A stretch of DNA of 29,588 nt from a virus (lineage: Duplodnaviria > Caudoviricetes). The notes under the pieces were generated by a model. That model was not told the DNA's origin, searched no databases, and saw only the letters and a program-made list of their open reading frames with translations. Position 1 is the first letter of the stretch, and each line of letters opens with the position of its first letter. A program made the translations under genes and the position numbers. Positions 1 to 7,486 of this stretch are shown here, one piece after another. The DNA lies in the IMG/VR virus record IMGVR_UViG_3300009472_000016, positions 1 to 29,588 of that record; one strand, given 5' to 3'.

Positions 1-539
1 ACTTCCCCGGCGTGATCGTTCCGCGCAAAACCGTGTCGATCCTGCGCGGGTGGCTGGACAGCATGATCGATGATGACGCGGTCAGCCTGTCCGTGTCCGA
101 CGCGCGCATCCGGATCGAGGCCGGGGGCCGGACGCTGCTGTCCAAGCTGATCGACGGGACCTTCCCGGATTATGACCGCGTCATCCCCAAAGGCCCGTTC
201 CAAACCGCGACCGTGGACAGCGCCGCCCTGTCGGCTGCCGCCGCGCGCGTGTCGATCCTGTCGACCGAGAAAAGCCGCGCCGTGCAGTTTGATTTTGCCA
301 AAGACACGGTGACGCTGCGGGTGTCGACGCAGGCGGGCGACGCCCGCGAAGACATCGCAAGCGCGTTGGACGGCGATCCAGTGACCATCGGGTTCAACGG
401 CAAATATCTGGCCGAGGCCCTGTCCGCCAACGGCGCGGACACCGTCATCATCGATCTGGGCGACGCCAAATCCCCCGCCCGCCTAACCACCCCCAACGAC
501 CCCGACGCGCTCGACGTGATCATGCCGCTCAGGGTGTGA
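1..539 (+). CDS. dnaN: DNA polymerase III beta sliding clamp, C-terminal part (5' truncated by the window)
   Basis: Frame open from the window edge. Has GVIVPRKTV, SKLIDGTFPDYDRVIP, IGFNGKYL and C-terminal VIMPLRV, all typical of DnaN. Confidence 0.93.
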   Translation, partial: FPGVIVPRKTVSILRGWLDSMIDDDAVSLSVSDARIRIEAGGRTLLSKLIDGTFPDYDRVIPKGPFQTATVDSAALSAAAARVSILSTEKSRAVQFDFAKDTVTLRVSTQAGDAREDIASALDGDPVTIGFNGKYLAEALSANGADTVIIDLGDAKSPARLTTPNDPDALDVIMPLRV

Positions 540-636
540 TCTGGGATTTGATCCGGGGATCAAACCCCGCTCACACCGAAGGTCGCGCGCCACTCGGCGC
601 GACCGCCGGACAACAAACCGAGTGAAGGAGAGAGAG

Positions 637-906
637 ATGGAAACCAACAAGAGCGTCCTTGGACCAAGTCGAAAGAACACGGATCAGAAATATTACCACG
701 GCGATGAATGGCACACCTGTTTCGATGAGGCCGAGATGGTCCTAGAGGAACACCCCGAATGTCAGATTATTGAGATCGGTGTCCTGCAGCGGTTGCCGTC
801 GGTCTGGGCAGTCAGATGGGTTGACTGCGATGGCTGCTCTGAGGTCTCCGAGTTCGAGACCGAATCTGCGGCAGACTCTTTTGCCAAAACGGTGCACCCG
901 TCATGA
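637..906 (+). CDS. Small acidic hypothetical phage protein
   Basis: ATG at 637 preceded by AAGGAGAGAGAG; stop overlaps the next start (ATGA at 903-906). Confidence 0.7.
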   Translation: METNKSVLGPSRKNTDQKYYHGDEWHTCFDEAEMVLEEHPECQIIEIGVLQRLPSVWAVRWVDCDGCSEVSEFETESAADSFAKTVHPS

Positions 907-1493
907 CTGCCCCCACTGAATTCCCGCTCGCGTGGCCCATCGATCGGGTCCGGACCCGTCGCCCTGTTGAGGGGCAGTTCAAGACGACGCTGCACAAGGC
1001 GGTCGAGAATGTGCGCCGGTCTTTGCGCCTTTTGGGTGACGACACGGGCAAGCGCATCGATGTCAATCAGATCGTGATCAGCTCAAATGTCGGCGGTTTA
1101 TCCGGTCGGGCGCCTGCGGATCCTGCCGTCGCGGTCTATTTCCACTGGGACGATCGCCCGCAATGTGTTGCCTGTGATCGGTACCGGACCGTCGCCCATA
1201 ACGTCCAAGCGATCCACATGTTGATCGAAGCGCGGCGGACAGATTTCCGGCATGGCGGGTTGCACTTCCTGCGCGCCAGTTTCGAAGGTCACAAAGGCCT
1301 GCCCGCCCCCGCCGGTCACGGGGATCCGTTCGCCGTGTTGGGATTGCCGCGTTCCGCCAGCGCGGCCGACATCAAGTCAGCGGCCAAGCGCCTTGCGCTG
1401 ACCCATCATCCGGATCGCCCCGGCGGATCGACCGAGGATATGAGCAAGATCAATGAAGCGCGCGACAAAGCCCTGGCAGAGGCAGCGCCATGA
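903..1493 (+). CDS. Phage J-domain (DnaJ-like) protein
   Basis: C-terminal DPFAVLGL...ADIKSAAKRLALTHHPDRPGGS..MSKINEARD with intact HPD; N-terminal FPLAWP / DPAVAVYF / ACDRY domain typical of phage J proteins. Confidence 0.88.
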   Translation: MTAPTEFPLAWPIDRVRTRRPVEGQFKTTLHKAVENVRRSLRLLGDDTGKRIDVNQIVISSNVGGLSGRAPADPAVAVYFHWDDRPQCVACDRYRTVAHNVQAIHMLIEARRTDFRHGGLHFLRASFEGHKGLPAPAGHGDPFAVLGLPRSASAADIKSAAKRLALTHHPDRPGGSTEDMSKINEARDKALAEAAP

Positions 1494-1693
1494 CCGCCGC
1501 GACCCTGTCACCCCGCGACCGCGATGTGATCCGGCATTGGCGGGGAGAGCTGTCGGCGACGGCCGTCGGCGCGGCTCGCATCGAACGCCGCCCGCCCGCC
1601 CTGATCGCAGCCGGATATCTCACCCCCGGCAATTGCACCCCCACCGCCCAAGCCCTGGGCGCCCTGTCAAAATGTGAAGGTTTATCATCATGA
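1490..1693 (+). CDS. Small hypothetical protein
   Basis: ATGA overlaps with both neighbours, consistent with translational coupling. Confidence 0.65.
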   Translation: MTAATLSPRDRDVIRHWRGELSATAVGAARIERRPPALIAAGYLTPGNCTPTAQALGALSKCEGLSS

Positions 1694-2787
1694 GCAAGAT
1701 CGAATGGACAGACGCAACGTGGAACCCGCTTGTCGGCTGTGCGGTGACGTCGCCAGGCTGCACCAATTGTTACGCGATGGCGATGGCTGGGCGGCTGGAA
1801 GCGATGAACGAAGCGACGGGCAAGACACCGCATTATGCGGGTCTGACCCGAAAAGTGAATGGCAAGACCGTTTGGACCGGCAAGGTCGGGCAAGCCCCGG
1901 ACGCCGTGTGGGAACAACCGCTGCGGCGGCGTAAACCGACGACCTATTTCGTCAATTCGATGGGGGATTTGTTTCATCCGGAAGTGACGGACGATCAGAT
2001 CGATCGCGTCTTTGCCATCATGGCGCTCGCGCCGCAGCACCGGTTTCAAGTGCTGACCAAGCATCCAGAGCGGATGCGGGATTGGATGATAGCGGATCCA
2101 TTCTCTCGCATTTTAAATGTTCGCGTTCAGGGTATCTCGGTATTCGATCAAATTGCGAAGGGCCGGAAGCTCAGTTTTCAAGAGTGGCCACTCCCCAACG
2201 TCTGGCTCGGCGTGTCCGTCGAGGATCAGCGCCGCGCAGACGAGCGCATCCCGCTCTTGCTCGATACGCCGGCCGCCGTGCGGTTCGTGTCGTGCGAACC
2301 GTTGCTGGGGCCGGTGAATTTGACGCTGATCCAAAAGGCTGGGACCGGAACGGAGGACGCCCCCGTCCAAGGAGACTATTGGTTATCCGCGATACATGGG
2401 GGTGCGTGCGTGTTTGATCCTGACCCTGGGCAGGATCCTGATGAAGGCTGGGTCCATATTTTTGATGCCCACCCAAAGCTCGACTGGGTCATCGTCGGCG
2501 GGGAAAGTGGTCCCGATGCGCGGCCCATGCACCCCGATTGGGCGCGGTCGATCCGTGACCAATGTGCCGATGCGGACGTCCCGTTTTTCTTCAAGCAGTG
2601 GGGCGAATATTTTCCGCATGGCATGACATGGAAAGAGGGCGGAGACTATTCCTCTGCATACATCAGAGAAGCGCCTGTTTCTCTTCCGAGCGGAACAATG
2701 GTTTACCGAGTCGGCAAATCAAAAGCAGGACGTCTCCTTGATGGCGTGGTGCATGACGCCATGCCTGCTGCGGAGGCGCAGTCATGA
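1690..2787 (+). CDS. Phage Gp37/Gp68 (DUF5131) family protein
   Basis: MSKIEWTDATWNP, CxxxSPGCxNCYA, FVNSMGDLFH, PNVWLGVSVEDQ, VRFVSCEPLLG, DWVIVGGESG, PFFFKQWG. Confidence 0.93.
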   Translation: MSKIEWTDATWNPLVGCAVTSPGCTNCYAMAMAGRLEAMNEATGKTPHYAGLTRKVNGKTVWTGKVGQAPDAVWEQPLRRRKPTTYFVNSMGDLFHPEVTDDQIDRVFAIMALAPQHRFQVLTKHPERMRDWMIADPFSRILNVRVQGISVFDQIAKGRKLSFQEWPLPNVWLGVSVEDQRRADERIPLLLDTPAAVRFVSCEPLLGPVNLTLIQKAGTGTEDAPVQGDYWLSAIHGGACVFDPDPGQDPDEGWVHIFDAHPKLDWVIVGGESGPDARPMHPDWARSIRDQCADADVPFFFKQWGEYFPHGMTWKEGGDYSSAYIREAPVSLPSGTMVYRVGKSKAGRLLDGVVHDAMPAAEAQS

Positions 2788-3281
2788 GCGGGATATTGTT
2801 GTCGTTTCAGTTGCCGGAGATGTTGCCGGAGTTGCTCTATGGCGTCTGTTTGACCGGCGGCGTTGACGGATCATCAGCCGATGCGGATATGTGGTGCATC
2901 GACTTGACCGGGCGGTCAGCCTTGGATGTTGAACCACCCAAACGCCAAACCATCCGCAAATTTGATCCGGCTGCCTCGTCGCCCCGCTCCCCGTATCGGC
3001 GCGTGGCGGCGGGTGACACGGCGCATATTTGGTGGAAGTCGCGCGTGCCCGCCGAGAAGCGAAAGCTGGGCGCGGTGACGATCCGCGCGGTCAATGTCAT
3101 CGAGATCCGGCACGGCGGCGCGCATGTGTTTGCCTACGCCCGCGACGGGCAGGGTGAATGGGTGCGTCAAGACATCGACGCGCTCGCCCGCGCCGACGGC
3201 TTCGCCGATGTCGCCGCCTTCACTGCCTATTTCGTGCCCCAGCCGGGGGATATTTTCCACGGCATCCTGATCGCGTGGTGA
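2784..3281 (+). CDS. ASCH/PUA-like domain protein (tentative)
   Basis: KRQTIR...GD.AHIW...LARADGF..VAAF..YF pattern resembles phage ASCH proteins; coupled ATGA start. Confidence 0.6.
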   Translation: MSGILLSFQLPEMLPELLYGVCLTGGVDGSSADADMWCIDLTGRSALDVEPPKRQTIRKFDPAASSPRSPYRRVAAGDTAHIWWKSRVPAEKRKLGAVTIRAVNVIEIRHGGAHVFAYARDGQGEWVRQDIDALARADGFADVAAFTAYFVPQPGDIFHGILIAW

Positions 3282-3287
3282 GGGACG

Positions 3288-4502
3288 ATGTGGCTAATCC
3301 TTCCTCCTACAATGTCCTGTCCATCTGCGCCGGCGTCGGAGGCCTCGACCTTGCTGTCGGACTTGCAGTTACAAACGCTGTCACAGTCTGCCACGTCGAG
3401 AGGGACGTCGAAGCCGCCGCAGTCTTGGGTGCGCGCATGGAAGACGAAAGTCTTCATGCAGCGCCTGTCTGGTCTGACCTGTCCACCTTTGACGGCAAGC
3501 CGTGGCGTGGAACAGTGGATTGCATCATTAGCGGCGACCCGTGTCAGCCCAACAGTGTCGCCGGTTCCGGTCTTGGATCCGATGATGACCGTTTCCTTAT
3601 CGACCAACTTGTTCGGGTCATCCGTGAAGTGCGGCCTGCCCGTGTGTTCCGAGAGAACGTCACAGGGAATGCGGACGGACAGCTTGCCGTGCTCATCCCA
3701 GCATTGGAGCGATTGGGCTACCGCGTTGCGGCGGGAATTTTCAGCGCGGAGGAAGTGGGCGCATCCCACAGGCGCGAGCGATTATTCGTCATGGGCGACG
3801 CCAGTGACGCGGGATTACTTTCCGCCTCACACAGCAGCATATATCGCAAAAAAGAAATCGCAGGGGCATGGGATGCGCAATCTGAACGACGAGGTTGCGT
3901 TTTGGGCAACGCCTCAGACACGAGATTTTCGGGCGGGCGAGGCGCACCGCTGGGACGATCCGGCGCGGAGCCAAACCCTGAACGACCAAGTGGACAAATG
4001 GCCGACCCCAATGGCGGGAACCCCCGCACAGAACGGCAACAGCATGGCGGGCAACAGCGACTTCAGCCGTCGGGTGATGGCTCTGGCGGAGACGTGGCCA
4101 ATGCCGTGCGTGGTGATGTTCAAGGGGTCATCACCGGACAGTGTGACGCGTGTGGACGGCAAGAGCCGGATGGACCGCTTGGATTATGCAACGGAGCAGG
4201 GCTTCCCTATTTCGCCCCGGGGCCGTCAAGTGCCCGATGGGAGCATGTTCTCACCTCATACCCGTTTTCTGCGCCGAGCCTTGCTGATCTGGACACGTCC
4301 TCGGGTTCGATCGCGCAAGCAGTTGCGCGCGTGGGTCATTCGGGTTGGCAAGAAACGGCTCAATCCATATTTTGTCGAGTGGCTAATGGGCTGGCCGCGC
4401 GGGTGGACCGATTACGGGCATGCGGTAACGGGGTTTGCTCAATGGCAGGCGCGGTCGCGTGGCTATCTCTGTCAGCTCATTTTGAGGACGGGTGAAACTT
4501 GA
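3288..4502 (+). CDS. Alternative-frame methyltransferase partner (beta-like polypeptide with WxTP repeats and motif IX)
   Basis: 404 stop-free codons overlapping the MTase gene; four W(A/P)(T/M)P repeats; RLNPYFVEWLMGWPRGWT resembles motif IX; ATG at 3288 after the same SD; stop overlaps the next start. Confidence 0.75.
   Translation: MWLILPPTMSCPSAPASEASTLLSDLQLQTLSQSATSRGTSKPPQSWVRAWKTKVFMQRLSGLTCPPLTASRGVEQWIASLAATRVSPTVSPVPVLDPMMTVSLSTNLFGSSVKCGLPVCSERTSQGMRTDSLPCSSQHWSDWATALRREFSARRKWAHPTGASDYSSWATPVTRDYFPPHTAAYIAKKKSQGHGMRNLNDEVAFWATPQTRDFRAGEAHRWDDPARSQTLNDQVDKWPTPMAGTPAQNGNSMAGNSDFSRRVMALAETWPMPCVVMFKGSSPDSVTRVDGKSRMDRLDYATEQGFPISPRGRQVPDGSMFSPHTRFLRRALLIWTRPRVRSRKQLRAWVIRVGKKRLNPYFVEWLMGWPRGWTDYGHAVTGFAQWQARSRGYLCQLILRTGET
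3290..4495 (+). CDS. DNA (cytosine-5) methyltransferase, catalytic (alpha-like) polypeptide
   Basis: Motif I NVLSICAGVGG, IV SGDPCQP (catalytic Cys), VI RENV, VIII SHRRERLF, X RLRACGNGV. GTG at 3290 follows SD GAGGGA. No recognisable motif IX in this frame. Confidence 0.88.
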   Translation: MANPSSYNVLSICAGVGGLDLAVGLAVTNAVTVCHVERDVEAAAVLGARMEDESLHAAPVWSDLSTFDGKPWRGTVDCIISGDPCQPNSVAGSGLGSDDDRFLIDQLVRVIREVRPARVFRENVTGNADGQLAVLIPALERLGYRVAAGIFSAEEVGASHRRERLFVMGDASDAGLLSASHSSIYRKKEIAGAWDAQSERRGCVLGNASDTRFSGGRGAPLGRSGAEPNPERPSGQMADPNGGNPRTERQQHGGQQRLQPSGDGSGGDVANAVRGDVQGVITGQCDACGRQEPDGPLGLCNGAGLPYFAPGPSSARWEHVLTSYPFSAPSLADLDTSSGSIAQAVARVGHSGWQETAQSIFCRVANGLAARVDRLRACGNGVCSMAGAVAWLSLSAHFEDG

Positions 4503-4888
4503 CCCCCGCCTGGGCCGAAAAATATCAGACGATCAGCGAAGATCAGGCGATGGATATTTTGGGTCTATCGCAGCGGCGCCTGCGGACATTATCGGATGAA
4601 TTGGGCGCCTGTCTGCGGACTGGGGCGAATGGCAAAGGCGCGCGGCGGTTCACAGAACGTCATTTGCAAATGATTATCGGGCAGCTTAACGCACAATCAT
4701 GCTCACGCTCGATCAAAGGCCGTCCGGTATCTGGCGTATCCGCGGCACGCACCACGGCGTCCGGATCGACCAGAGCGCGCGAACTCGCAGCAAAACAGAG
4801 GCGCGCGCGATCCTCAAGCAACTCGAAGTCAGCATCTTCGCCGATGTTCACGGAGTCGCCTTGCCAGGGCAGGCGTCAAGGTCGGTAA
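4499..4888 (+). CDS. Excisionase-like / MerR-type HTH protein
   Basis: ISEDQAMDILGLSQRRLR...ARRFTERHL winged-HTH pattern; TTG start overlapping the upstream stop; lies directly before and overlaps the integrase gene. Confidence 0.65.
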   Translation: MTPAWAEKYQTISEDQAMDILGLSQRRLRTLSDELGACLRTGANGKGARRFTERHLQMIIGQLNAQSCSRSIKGRPVSGVSAARTTASGSTRARELAAKQRRARSSSNSKSASSPMFTESPCQGRRQGR

Positions 4889-5712
4889 GTGAACCGACCT
4901 TTGGCGACGCCGCTGCGCTGTGGCTCGAAGCCGGCGGGAACTCGACGCTTTATTTTTATTTCGACACGGTGATCCATGCGATCGGCGATACGGCGTTGTC
5001 GGATATCACCAATGGATATCTTCACCGTCAAGCGCGCAAGCTATTTCCGACTCAATCCGCGTCCACCATCAACCGTGGATATTTCGCGCTCGCCAGCGTG
5101 ATCATGACCCACGCGGCGGAGGAAAAGCTCGCTCCGCCGATCAAGATTCGGAAGCTCAAGACAGAAAAGTCGGCCTATGAGTGGTATGAACCGGAACGGA
5201 TCGAGGCGTTAATCACGGCGGCTGGTCCGATGGCGCCGCTGATCACATTTTGCGTGGCGTCCGGCGCGCGCACATCGGAAGTCATGTCTTTGACTTGGGG
5301 GCAGGTGGGGCTGGATGGACGGCGGATCGTCTTTTGGAAAACCAAGGGTGGCCGCGTCCGGAGTTTCGATCTGTGTGCGCGTGGCCGCGCGGCGCTGCCA
5401 GAGCGCGGGGCAGATGACGTTCATGTCTGGCTTGATGGCAATGGTGAGCCCTATTCCCAGTCGCCGGACAAACGCTACTACGGGCCGAAGCGACGGCTGG
5501 ACCGGCTGACAAAGCGTGTGGGCCTTCCGCGCACCAGCATTCGGTCGTTCCGGCACACTTGGGCGACGTGGCAATATTCAGTCAATCCGGATCTGCTGAA
5601 GCTACAGGAAAAAGGTGGCTGGTCGACCGTTGCGATGGTACAGAACTACACACACGTCGCTAGCCCAGAGATAAAGAAGCGGGTGTTGGACCATGGTTGG
5701 TTCCAGGATTAA
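4699..5712 (+). CDS. int: Tyrosine recombinase / phage integrase
   Basis: SGARTSE (R), KTK (K), RSFRHTWAT, GGWS (W), VQNYTH (Y); N-terminal GIWRIRGT arm-binding-like strand; adjacent to an att site. Confidence 0.92.
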   Translation: MLTLDQRPSGIWRIRGTHHGVRIDQSARTRSKTEARAILKQLEVSIFADVHGVALPGQASRSVSEPTFGDAAALWLEAGGNSTLYFYFDTVIHAIGDTALSDITNGYLHRQARKLFPTQSASTINRGYFALASVIMTHAAEEKLAPPIKIRKLKTEKSAYEWYEPERIEALITAAGPMAPLITFCVASGARTSEVMSLTWGQVGLDGRRIVFWKTKGGRVRSFDLCARGRAALPERGADDVHVWLDGNGEPYSQSPDKRYYGPKRRLDRLTKRVGLPRTSIRSFRHTWATWQYSVNPDLLKLQEKGGWSTVAMVQNYTHVASPEIKKRVLDHGWFQD

Positions 5713-5714
5713 GT

Positions 5715-5974
5715 TGGGCAATATCTGGGCAATTTTGGTGTGTTCCTAGAAAAATATTCGATAATTCAATCGCTTATATAAACAGATCCCGAACATTGAC
5801 ATTGTAGGGGTCACTGGTTCAATCCCAGTATCGCCCACCACGGATTTTCTCTTTAAAATCAAATATTAAGCGCAGCTTTAGCGGTGTTTTCATCTGCTTT
5901 ATTGGTGTCGAAACATGCGAAAAGAGGCGTGTTTTTGGGCCTGTTTGATCAAAGGTGTGGGCAATATCTGGGCA
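5715..5974 (+). repeat. Integrase arm-type direct repeats TGGGCAATATCTGGGCA at 5715-5731 and 5958-5974
   Basis: Exact 17-bp repeat, each containing two TGGGCA, on both sides of the att core; AT-rich IHF-like near-matches lie between them. Confidence 0.8.
5793..5840 (+). other. attP core: 3' half of tRNA-Val(GAC)
   Basis: ACA-TTGACAT-TGTAG GGGTC ACTGG TTCAATC CCAGT ATCGCCC ACCA gives the anticodon loop GAC, T-arm, acceptor 3' strand and CCA. The D-arm and acceptor 5' strand are absent. Confidence 0.9.
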
Positions 5975-6016
5975 GTTTTATTCGGGGTGGGGTGCTGTGA
6001 TGTGTTATGAGGCGGC

Positions 6017-6823
6017 ATGCGCACTTTGATTCTGTTTTTGTTGTCCGTCTGTTTTTGCGGGGTCTTGCCGGCCTCCGCCTGGGCGTGGGGGAAGACGGGG
6101 CACAGGGTCGGCGGGGCGATCGCGGAGGCGTATTTGTCGCCGGAGGCGCGGGCCGGTGTTGCGGCGCTGGTTGGGGTTGAGACCTTGGCGGAAGGGTCGG
6201 TGTGGGCCGATTTCATGCGCAGTTCGAATGAGAGTTTTTGGCGGCGGGAGGCGGGGCCTTGGCATTATGTCACCGTGCCGGACGGAGAGAGCTATGACAC
6301 GGCCGTCGCGCCGGATGAGGGCGATTCTGTGACGGCATTGGCGCGGTTTCGCGCGGAGATCGTAAACCCGGACCTGCCGCTGGCGGAGCGGCAGCGGGCG
6401 CTTCGGTTTGCGGTTCACATCATCGGCGATTTGCATCAGCCGCTGCATGCCGGCAACGGCGACGACCGGGGCGGCAATGACGTGCAGATCAAATGGTTTG
6501 GCGACATGACGCGGCTGCACACAATCTGGGACACGAAGATCGTTGATCATCAGCAATTGAGTTACACGGAAATGGCCGAGGGGCTGTCACGCCGGATCAC
6601 GCCGGAGCAGGCGTCCGCGTGGGACGATCCGGATCCGCGCGTGTGGATCGCGGAGAGCGTGGCGCTGCGGCCCGGTGTTTATCCGGGTGAGGCGCGCAAA
6701 GATCTGCGCTGGAATTATGTGTTTGATCATCAGGCGACCGTCGATTTGCGCCTGAGCCAGTCCGGTGTGCGAATCGCCAGCTGGCTGAATGACGTGTTTG
6801 CCGCCGCGCCCGCTGCGCCGTGA
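6017..6823 (+). CDS. Secreted S1/P1 nuclease
   Basis: Sec signal peptide ending AWA, then mature WGKTGH; WAD, WHY, HIIGDLHQPLH, GGN and LHTIWD supply the tri-zinc ligand set. Confidence 0.93.
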   Translation: MRTLILFLLSVCFCGVLPASAWAWGKTGHRVGGAIAEAYLSPEARAGVAALVGVETLAEGSVWADFMRSSNESFWRREAGPWHYVTVPDGESYDTAVAPDEGDSVTALARFRAEIVNPDLPLAERQRALRFAVHIIGDLHQPLHAGNGDDRGGNDVQIKWFGDMTRLHTIWDTKIVDHQQLSYTEMAEGLSRRITPEQASAWDDPDPRVWIAESVALRPGVYPGEARKDLRWNYVFDHQATVDLRLSQSGVRIASWLNDVFAAAPAAP

Positions 6824-7101
6824 TTTGGGGGCTGCTGCTGGTTTTGGCGGCGGCGATGGTCGCCAATGCGCTGTTGGCGCATAACCGGCTTGTGGCGCGG
6901 TTGGAGCGGCGACGGCTGGCGGATGTGGCGCAGGGCGGGCCCCCGCCGCCCTTGCGCGGTGTGTCGGGGCATGAACGCGCCGATATTCAGATCGAGATGC
7001 ACCGGATGAGCCTGATGACCCGGCGGGAACGCTGGATCATGGGGGCGCAGTGGTGGGCCATTCCCGTCGTTGTCGGCGGTGCGGCGTGGGCGTTGTTTTA
7101 A
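6820..7101 (+). CDS. Small membrane protein
   Basis: Hydrophobic N- and C-terminal segments; GTGA overlap with the nuclease stop. Confidence 0.6.
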   Translation: MIWGLLLVLAAAMVANALLAHNRLVARLERRRLADVAQGGPPPPLRGVSGHERADIQIEMHRMSLMTRRERWIMGAQWWAIPVVVGGAAWALF

Positions 7102-7421
7102 GCTTTCTCGCGGCCCTTTTTGCCGCCCCTTTTCCCCCCGTCTTTGCCCCGCTTGCCGCCCCAATCGACACTGAGACCGACATGGAGTTTGGGTAGGCCG
7201 TGGGTTTTGGCGTCCCACGGGTGGAGATCCTGCGCCAAGGCGGTCATGGCGAGGCGCGTGTCACGCGGGATGGCCGCGCCGTTTTGATAGTCACGGATGC
7301 GGTCCCGGCTTTTGCCCAACGCCTCGGCCGCTTTGGCTTGGCCGCCATGGCTGTTGAAGTCCATCTCGGCCATCCAGGCCGCGAAGTCGGTGGCGTCTGA
7401 TGTTTTATGGGTGTCTTGCAT
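7098..7421 (-). CDS. Cro/XRE-like HTH protein with Gly/Lys-rich tail
   Basis: DFAAWMAEM...QAKAAEALGKSRDRIRDYQNG..IP...LAM.AL. Confidence 0.8.
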   Translation of the reverse strand: MQDTHKTSDATDFAAWMAEMDFNSHGGQAKAAEALGKSRDRIRDYQNGAAIPRDTRLAMTALAQDLHPWDAKTHGLPKLHVGLSVDWGGKRGKDGGKRGGKKGREKA

Positions 7422-7455
7422 TTTTCGATCATGGTGATTAAATGAAAGTCACGGT

Positions 7456-7481
7456 GCAGCGCCCCCCGTAGGGGACACTGC
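7456..7481 (-). promoter_or_regulatory. 11-bp RNA hairpin with cUACGg tetraloop just after the peptide stop
   Basis: Minus strand GCAGUGUCCCC-UACG-GGGGGCGCUGC; two G:U pairs work only on the minus strand. Confidence 0.75.
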
Positions 7482-7486
7482 TTCGT

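Noticed and set aside
3158-3289. Longer MTase start at 3158 from the ORF track
   Set aside because: Overlaps the upstream gene, is Arg-rich shadow sequence, and motif I begins just after the SD-preceded GTG at 3290.
3290-4502. Frameshifted MTase pseudogene or sequencing error
   Set aside because: Both frames are open end to end and motif X returns in frame A, so a single indel cannot explain the layout.
5765-5840. Complete tRNA-Val gene
   Set aside because: No D-arm and no 5' acceptor strand complementary to ATCGCCC; only the 3' part is present, as expected for an att core.
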